Shown: in pieces, positions 58,082-64,000 of the stretch | Layout of the letters: every line of letters starts with the position of its first letter | Position numbering within the stretch: the stretch's first letter is position 1 | Origin: Planctomycetota bacterium | GTDB lineage: Bacteria > Planctomycetota > PLA2 > JAEUHO01 | DNA length: 64,000 bases | Direction: 5' to 3' | Assembly: GCA_965222115.1 (NCBI GenBank) | Contig: CBDCTJ010000007.1 | Coordinates: 96,001-160,000 of the forward strand | Notes under the pieces: model-generated | What the model was told of the DNA's origin: nothing | The model's database searches: none | The model's input: only the letters and a program-made list of their open reading frames with translations | Program-made: the position numbers and the translations under genes

Positions 58082-59269
58082 CTACGCCGACCGTCGAGCT
58101 TCGTAGGCGCGGTGCTTGCGCATGACTCGAATCGCGTTTAGAGCGACAAAGGCGAGACCCATCAAAAGGATGCTCTGCGTAGTCACCGCCAGCACGATCA
58201 CCACAGCGGCCAACAACAGTAACTCGATGCCCTTCAGCCCCTTCTTCTCAAGCAAGAAGTCGTGGCAAAGCCAAATGGAGATGAGGTAGGCGGCGATGGC
58301 GAACGCTAGGCCGAGCACAGCATGACCGGACGCAATCGACGCGTGGTCGGTGAGCACATCTACGTTGACGCTAATCAACGCGCCAACGGCGGCGGCACTG
58401 GCGTAGACGAAGTAATGACCGTAACCCCAGATGAATGCCTTTCGTTCGCTGGCAAGTGCTTGCCCCACACGGTCGTCAAAGTATAGCCACCACATGGAGA
58501 ACAAGAGTAGGAGCGTACCCGCCGCCATCATGGCTAAACTGGCCGTGAAGTGTGCGACAACGCTGCGAAACGCGTAGACGGAAGCCAGAATCGACTCGCC
58601 CAGCACGATGATGGTGAGCAGACCGAGGCGTTCTTCGATGTGATGGTAGTGGTATCTCGTGTTTCTGCCCCGATCCACGGCACGCTCGGCGATGTAGGGG
58701 ACCATCATTTCAAACAACAAAAGTACACCAAACACGTACCAGTTCTGGAAGAACAGTACGGCAAAACACCATCCAGTTTGCAAGAGGAAGACGCCGATGG
58801 CATAGCGCATGGCAACCGGTCGTGTTTGCGGATCGTCACGCGCAACTTTGATCCACAAGAGTACGTAGGGGATACGCATGATGACGTAGCCGATCATCAT
58901 CACGAGGAAGTCTTCTTTCTCGAACGCTGGCTTGACGCCAACGGCAATCAGAATGACCCCCACCATCTGGGCGAATGATGCGAGACGGAACTGCACGTCG
59001 TCGGTGTCGAACCCCGAGGCGAACCATGTGTACGTATTCCATGGCCACCAAATGGCCCAGAAGACCCAGAAATACATGAAGATCGAGTAGCCCACATGAT
59101 GCCAGCCCGATATGGCATGATGGAGTTCGACGGCCAAACTCGCAATGGCAACGACATAGATTAGGTCGTAGAAGAGTTCAAGAGGCGTAGCGGCACGATG
59201 ACCGTCATTGGCCTCACGAGCAACGATCGGATTAATGAGTACTGACTTGTCTCGTTCGCTAGAACCCAT
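58082..59269 (-). CDS. ltrA: Low-temperature requirement protein A family membrane protein
   Basis: HR.ATPLELFYDL..VVA, WW.W..TWFAS.FD.DD, HI.ER.GL.TIIVLGES, WWLYF, WGYGH. Confidence 0.9.
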   Translation of the reverse strand: MGSSERDKSVLINPIVAREANDGHRAATPLELFYDLIYVVAIASLAVELHHAISGWHHVGYSIFMYFWVFWAIWWPWNTYTWFASGFDTDDVQFRLASFAQMVGVILIAVGVKPAFEKEDFLVMMIGYVIMRIPYVLLWIKVARDDPQTRPVAMRYAIGVFLLQTGWCFAVLFFQNWYVFGVLLLFEMMVPYIAERAVDRGRNTRYHYHHIEERLGLLTIIVLGESILASVYAFRSVVAHFTASLAMMAAGTLLLLFSMWWLYFDDRVGQALASERKAFIWGYGHYFVYASAAAVGALISVNVDVLTDHASIASGHAVLGLAFAIAAYLISIWLCHDFLLEKKGLKGIELLLLAAVVIVLAVTTQSILLMGLAFVALNAIRVMRKHRAYEARRSA

Positions 59270-59432
59270 GTTGTCGTTCGCCTCGTCTACTTGAAATCGC
59301 ACCTCGCGCGGTTACGCACCCTCCGGAGTGTATGCGAATCCGGACAGACCGATTCTGGCCGACGACACAGAGAGGCGCAACGCGCGTTTGGGTACTCGCC
59401 GCGTCACAGGATCAAAGGAAACGAGAAACCGC

Positions 59433-59813
59433 CTACGCCTTACAGGTCGCACACACCCCTCGCAACCAAACCTCGTGACCTTCCAGCGCGAAGCCCTTAG
59501 GAAGTCGCTGGCTAAGGGCTGCGGGCGAACGGGCGGCGCAACCGGGAATGTCGAATACCTGATCGCACGCGCGGCAGTGAAAGTGGTGGTGGTGCCCACG
59601 CTCAACTTCAAACCGGGCACGCCCATCGAGATCGGCAAGGCGATGCACGCGCCCGTCGTGCTCAAGACGTTTGAGGGTGCGGTACACGGTGGCCTGACCA
59701 AGGGAAGGGCAGGCGACTTGCGCGCGACTTAACACTTCCTCCGGAAGCAATGGGCCACTCGCTGAGTCGAGCGCGTCCCAGACGGCTTGCTGCTGTGTGG
59801 TGTTGCGAGGCAC
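59433..59813 (-). CDS. Fur-family transcriptional regulator (Zur/Nur/Fur)
   Basis: T.QQ.AV, ATVYR.L, HHHHFHCRAC, C-terminal CATC. Start GTG 59813; the upstream part of the listed ORF is antisense to the next gene. Confidence 0.92.
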   Translation of the reverse strand: MPRNTTQQQAVWDALDSASGPLLPEEVLSRAQVACPSLGQATVYRTLKRLEHDGRVHRLADLDGRARFEVERGHHHHFHCRACDQVFDIPGCAARSPAALSQRLPKGFALEGHEVWLRGVCATCKA

Positions 59814-59844
59814 GCCAGAAAGGGTACACGAACTTTTCTTGTAC

Positions 59845-59866
59845 TGATAATGATAATCCATTATCA
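59845..59866. promoter_or_regulatory. Fur-family operator between the divergent regulator and transporter genes
   Basis: TGATAATGATAATCCATTATCA is close to the Fur box GATAATGATAATCATTATC; core palindrome TGATAAT-CC-ATTATCA. Confidence 0.8.
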
Positions 59867-59885
59867 CTTCAGCAGGAGACCGCCC

Positions 59886-61016
59886 ATGCTCGCTCGATTC
59901 GCTCTCACGCTTTCCGCATCTGCCGCACTCGTTTTGATGGCAGGGTGCTCCTTGGGACTTGGTGCTCAAATCGCCCCAATGCATCTGGACCGCAGCGCAA
60001 GCAGCGGCTCGGCCTCGGATGTGAATGGCGAGCACCACGATCACGCCGGACACGATCACACTGGCCACGACCACAGCCAATCCAATCTCGGCCAACCCAG
60101 TTACCAACTCAGCCAGCCGGACTACGTAGCGGAACCCCATTTAGATCACTGGGCCGACGCGCATTATGGGGCGCTCCACGGCCACGAACACGGCGAACAC
60201 AGTCATACCCAACACAACCATGCCCACAACGATGGAGACGAACATCATCCGCCTCGGCGTTTGCTGCGACACAATCTTCGTTGCGGTTGGTGTGCTCCGG
60301 CCGAGCACGATCACACGAGTGCGTGCGGGACGCCCTATGTTCACGGATTTTTGACCGAGCCAGCGTTCTTGGGACGAGACTTTTTTCTAGACGTAACGCA
60401 AAGCGACGACGAGACGGAGATCGAAGCGGAACTCGAATGGTCACTGACCAAACGACTTGGCCTCATTGTTGAACTGCCCTACATCGACGCTGAGGAAACA
60501 GGCATTGGCGATGCCGCCCTAGGAATTCGCATACTGCTAGTTGAGGAGCAACGGTTTCTTCTTTCTGCAAGTACAGAAGTCGAACTCCCCACAGGCAGCG
60601 AATCCCGTGGCCTCGGGTCGGGCGCGTTCGCGGTCGGCGCCAGCTTGCACACGTGGACCGATCTCGGCGCGTGGGTAACGCTGCAAACGGTTACAGGGAT
60701 CGAGCACGTTCCCGATGAAGACGAGACCGAATTCAAATGGAGCCTAGCGCTAGCCAAGTCGTTTCGAGCTTGCCCGCTAATTAGCACTCGAACTAACGAT
60801 GAGCACCATCACGGACCAACTGCGTTCAGCGTGATCGCCGAAATTCAAGGAGTAACCGCACTCTCCGACGATGCGGGTGAAACAGAAGGCCGATGGCTTC
60901 TCGGTGCGTCGTTCCCGCTCGCACACAACTTAGATCTGCGCGGTGCCTTTTCACAGACGTTTGGTGGCGACGAGGACGAGGACGCATGGACTGTGGGCGT
61001 CATTGTCCACTTCTAG
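59886..61016 (+). CDS. His-rich putative outer-membrane beta-barrel metal-uptake protein
   Basis: AGGAG RBS; lipobox-like MAGC; HHDHAGHDHTGHDH and HGHEHGEHSH tracts; alternating beta strands, G.GD, LPTG motifs; C-terminal Phe. Confidence 0.75.
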   Translation: MLARFALTLSASAALVLMAGCSLGLGAQIAPMHLDRSASSGSASDVNGEHHDHAGHDHTGHDHSQSNLGQPSYQLSQPDYVAEPHLDHWADAHYGALHGHEHGEHSHTQHNHAHNDGDEHHPPRRLLRHNLRCGWCAPAEHDHTSACGTPYVHGFLTEPAFLGRDFFLDVTQSDDETEIEAELEWSLTKRLGLIVELPYIDAEETGIGDAALGIRILLVEEQRFLLSASTEVELPTGSESRGLGSGAFAVGASLHTWTDLGAWVTLQTVTGIEHVPDEDETEFKWSLALAKSFRACPLISTRTNDEHHHGPTAFSVIAEIQGVTALSDDAGETEGRWLLGASFPLAHNLDLRGAFSQTFGGDEDEDAWTVGVIVHF

Positions 61017-61063
61017 CGAGTTCACGACCCTCAGCACGTTGATTACGAATTTGGAGTTTTGCA

Positions 61064-61558
61064 ATGAATCACACCTCACAACCGTCCGTGCACCGGACGC
61101 TAGACCGCACGGGGGTCATCGCGTCGGTTGGATGCGCCATCCACTGCATGGTTGCACCTGCGTTGCTACTAATCGCGCCAACATTAGGGGGCTGGTGGGT
61201 TCACCCCGCAACACATCTCGCAATTGCGGCACTTGTCCTGCCCATTGCAGCGTCTGCTCTTTGGCGAGGCTATGGCGTTCATCGGCAGTGTTGGATCGTT
61301 GGTGTAGGGGCCCTTGGCATGATCCTCATCACAGTCGGTGTAGTGTTGCCTTGGCTGGCTCCATCGGACGTAAATGCCGTCACTGGATGTACGACGTGCC
61401 GCGATTGCTGCCCCACCATCGTCCGCGACGCGGTGACCGGCGCTTCATCGCTTCGAATTCCACCGGCAAGCATTGTCACGTTCCTTGGTGGCATGGCGCT
61501 CATCACGGCACATATAGGTAATCTGCGACGAGCGTGCGGGCATTGCCGTTCATCTTGA
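61064..61558 (+). CDS. MerC-family membrane protein
   Basis: LDR.G..AS..CAIHC...P, H, GY..H, C-terminal AH..N; extra CTTCRDCC loop. Confidence 0.85.
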   Translation: MNHTSQPSVHRTLDRTGVIASVGCAIHCMVAPALLLIAPTLGGWWVHPATHLAIAALVLPIAASALWRGYGVHRQCWIVGVGALGMILITVGVVLPWLAPSDVNAVTGCTTCRDCCPTIVRDAVTGASSLRIPPASIVTFLGGMALITAHIGNLRRACGHCRSS

Positions 61559-61690
61559 CTTGGCGCTAGGCCGCGCGTACTTGACGTATGCACCACGACA
61601 ACGGCTCGAAGCTGCTTATGGATGGTCCACCTTGAGCTCAAGAACATCGAAGCGCCGCACAACGTGTCTCGGTAGGTGAATCAGACGGAC

Positions 61691-61981
61691 TTAGTTGACC
61701 ACGTCTTTGAGGATCTCAAGCGCTCCTTTGGCGGCAAACTTGCCAAGCGCTGCCTTGGGTCGGTGAAATACCATGCGGATTCGGGCGATGATCATAAACA
61801 CGCTGCCGACGCAGGCCAGTGCAATGGCTGGTAACATGGGTTCGGCATCCGTGCTTAGGGCGGCCTCGCCGTACTGTTCCAGAACGAGAAATCCTAGACC
61901 GGCGCCGGCCAGGATGATGAGAAAGCCAAGTAGTGCCTGGCGGCGAATCGCGCGCCCTTTGGGATCGTCGGATGTGGTCAT
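61691..61981 (-). CDS. Small 2-TM hypothetical protein
   Basis: AGGAG RBS; two hydrophobic helices. Confidence 0.65.
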   Translation of the reverse strand: MTTSDDPKGRAIRRQALLGFLIILAGAGLGFLVLEQYGEAALSTDAEPMLPAIALACVGSVFMIIARIRMVFHRPKAALGKFAAKGALEILKDVVN

Positions 61982-62164
61982 GATGTACTCCTATGGGCGC
62001 AACGAATGCCGACCGCAGGAGATGTACGGAAGCGTGAGCGACCATCGCACGTCGTGGTTAGTTTTTGGCCACGAGCCTCGGCGCGGCCGGCCATTTACAA
62101 CCAATTGAATACCGGACCCATCTCCGCGTTAGGCTGCCAGCTCCAATCGCGAGACAACGAAAGC

Positions 62165-62569
62165 ATGCCTAGGCGCAAGATTCACAGAGCCGTATTTCTG
62201 GCGGCGGGTCTCTACAACATCGCGTGGGGTATCTACTCGGCAATTGACCCACAATGGTTCTTTCGCGTGGCGGGCATGGAACCCATCAATCACCCCCATA
62301 TATTCAGTTGTTTGGCGATGGTCATTGGGATTTACGGCATCCTTTATCTGGACGTTGCACGCATGCCGGAACAGGGCTGGACGATTGCTGCCGTGGGGTT
62401 GCTGGGCAAGATCCTCGGTCCGCTTGGCATGGGCTACTTGATCTTGCAGGGGACTTGGCCCGCAGAAGCGATGTGGCTGTGCGTAACCAATGACGTGATC
62501 TGGTGGATTCCCTTCGCACTCTATTTGCGCGACGCGTGGCCGTCGCTCATGGAAAGAAGGTGCGATTGA
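62165..62569 (+). CDS. Small 4-TM hypothetical membrane protein
   Basis: AAG.YN..WG, M.IG.YG..Y, VGLLGK.LGP.G, TND.IWW.PF. Confidence 0.75.
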   Translation: MPRRKIHRAVFLAAGLYNIAWGIYSAIDPQWFFRVAGMEPINHPHIFSCLAMVIGIYGILYLDVARMPEQGWTIAAVGLLGKILGPLGMGYLILQGTWPAEAMWLCVTNDVIWWIPFALYLRDAWPSLMERRCD

Positions 62570-62639
62570 ATGCGAAACGGTCAGCTATGACGTACGACCA
62601 ATCTGCGGCTTGAATTGGTTGTGCAATTGCGCCGATCGT

Positions 62640-63506
62640 CTACGAGCCTGCATCCATTGCGGCGATATCGATAGTGCCCTCTGATCGCACGTACACCAAG
62701 CAGCCCTCGGTGGCACCGCACGACATTTTGTGGTCCACGACCCCGTCTGAACCAAAGTAGCTACCGGGTTCCAGGGAATTCGTTTCGCCCTTCGCTTCCA
62801 CTTCGTGCGAGAGGCGCCCCTGAATGACGGCTGCGTGCACGGAGGCCCCACGAGACTTGATCGCGACGTGCGCCCCGGCGGCGAGCTTAACGAGCACGCG
62901 TTTGAGCGTTTCGTCGTGCGGATTGCCCGGCAACGTGGCAACTTGAACAGTACCGCTTGAATCGGTTGCCCCCGAGACGTTCGCCCAGGCCATGTCTGCG
63001 GGCTTCATCCAGACTGGCTGTTCGTCGCCCTCAAACGCCTCCTTGGACGGCAACACAAGGTAAGGCCCCTTCTCGATCTCAATGTAAGCAACGTTTGTCT
63101 CTCCCTTGGCGGCCGTAATGTGCACGTCGCCGGCAGGTTGTGTCCAAAACGTGCCCGACGGCAGCCACAACTTCTCGGCTTTGGGATCATCGTTGTGCAC
63201 CTCGCCGCTGATGACCACACCGCGGTACGTCACAGGATGGATGTGTGGCGGCGACGAAAATCCGTCAATAAACTTGACAAGAAATCCAGAGGGCACAGGG
63301 CCCTTTCTCTTTCCCCATAGGGTCCCCGCTTTGGGGCTTTTGTCTCCTCGTAGCGGATTGAGCGCCTCCCACTTGACATCCGACGCCTTGACAACGTGCA
63401 CGTTGCCGAGTGGCGGTTTGCGAGAAGAGAGAAAATTCATCGCCGCGAAGGCCGCAAGCAGCAACGCGAAAATGACGATCAACCAGAGTGCATTCTTGTT
63501 TTTCAT
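62640..63506 (-). CDS. DUF4437-like double-cupin protein, membrane-anchored
   Basis: W..LNP.RGD.SP.A..LWG, GF.SPPHIH..TYRGVVI.G, FWTQPAG..H.T; AGGAG RBS. Confidence 0.8.
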   Translation of the reverse strand: MKNKNALWLIVIFALLLAAFAAMNFLSSRKPPLGNVHVVKASDVKWEALNPLRGDKSPKAGTLWGKRKGPVPSGFLVKFIDGFSSPPHIHPVTYRGVVISGEVHNDDPKAEKLWLPSGTFWTQPAGDVHITAAKGETNVAYIEIEKGPYLVLPSKEAFEGDEQPVWMKPADMAWANVSGATDSSGTVQVATLPGNPHDETLKRVLVKLAAGAHVAIKSRGASVHAAVIQGRLSHEVEAKGETNSLEPGSYFGSDGVVDHKMSCGATEGCLVYVRSEGTIDIAAMDAGS

Positions 63507-63558
63507 GGCGTCAGTCTCCTATGCCGTCACGCGCATGCCATGCAATCCCACAGACTTA

Positions 63559-63999
63559 CTAGTGCTCAATGACTACTTTGCCCATCGCCTGCCCTCCTTC
63601 CAGGCGAGCATGCGCGTCCCCAACTTCTGTGAGTGAAAACTGAGAAGCGTCTAATATGGGGCGCAATGCTCCGGACTCAACGATCGTTGCGAGATTGTGG
63701 AGGATTCGCCCGTGGTCTTCTCTACGATGATTGTGAAGCATGGGAATGAGCATGAAAACTACGTGAAGCGAAAGGCCCTTGAAGTGAGCCATGGTGAGGT
63801 CCAACTCACATAGGGACACTGTAGACGCAACTTGTCCATTGAGCGCCGCAGCTTCAAATGAGTTCGCCATGTTCGCGCCCCCAACCGAATCGTACACAAT
63901 GTCAAATCCGATGCCCCCCGTGTGCTTGGCTACATAGTCGGCTACCGCTTCGGTCTTGTAGTTGATGGGCGTCGCACCAAGCTCCTCGATCAACGCAAG
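63559..63999 (-). CDS. MDR-family (zinc-binding ADH/quinone oxidoreductase) enzyme, 5'-truncated by window edge
   Basis: LGA.PINY, GFD.VYDSVGG, L.LH.VFMLIP, G.L.P.LD, AH..LE.G..GKVV. Confidence 0.85.
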   Translation of the reverse strand, partial: LALIEELGATPINYKTEAVADYVAKHTGGIGFDIVYDSVGGANMANSFEAAALNGQVASTVSLCELDLTMAHFKGLSLHVVFMLIPMLHNHRREDHGRILHNLATIVESGALRPILDASQFSLTEVGDAHARLEGGQAMGKVVIEH

Positions 64000-64000
64000 T

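Noticed and set aside
59814-60140. N-terminal 109 aa of the listed 235-aa Fur ORF
   Set aside because: Antisense to the His-rich gene and spans the operator; the Fur domain starts at 59813.

Overview
GC-rich bacterial window, probably from a Planctomycetota/PVC genome. That is an inference from the gene repertoire: an ECF sigma factor coupled to a Ser/Thr kinase, ECF sigmas fused to long membrane-anchored extensions, an N-terminally extended GreA and a PTP-fold/cytochrome c fusion. The left half (1-32 kb) is mostly core: hybrid kinase (partial), kynA, an OmpR/QseBC-type two-component system between two paralogous acidic lipoproteins, moaA, thioredoxin-NHL protein, greA, tRNA-Arg(CCG), rluB, phosphomannose isomerase, FlgM-like ORF, rsmD, pdxJ-dapA, hsp20-clpB behind a sigma54-type promoter, a 7xPASTA protein, an ECF/anti-sigma pair, ugd and tRNA-Asp(GTC). 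Right of tRNA-Asp is an accessory region with several decayed copies of the tRNA 3' end (att-like scars at ~32.2 and ~41.5 kb, weaker ones at ~46.5 and ~54.5 kb) and IS5/IS903-group remnants; no integrase is visible. The best candidate for a new system is in the first island: an ECF sigma/Ser-Thr kinase-ATPase-TPR operon faces a 66-aa cationic, cecropin-like peptide that is translationally coupled to a small very acidic protein and followed by a PG-binding/CHAP cell-wall hydrolase. Other highlights are a three-site CTTAGG-N5 direct-repeat regulon around the two-component system and a Fur-family/His-rich outer-membrane barrel/MerC-like metal module with a 7-2-7 Fur-box variant. All calls come from reading motifs by eye; no database searches were run.
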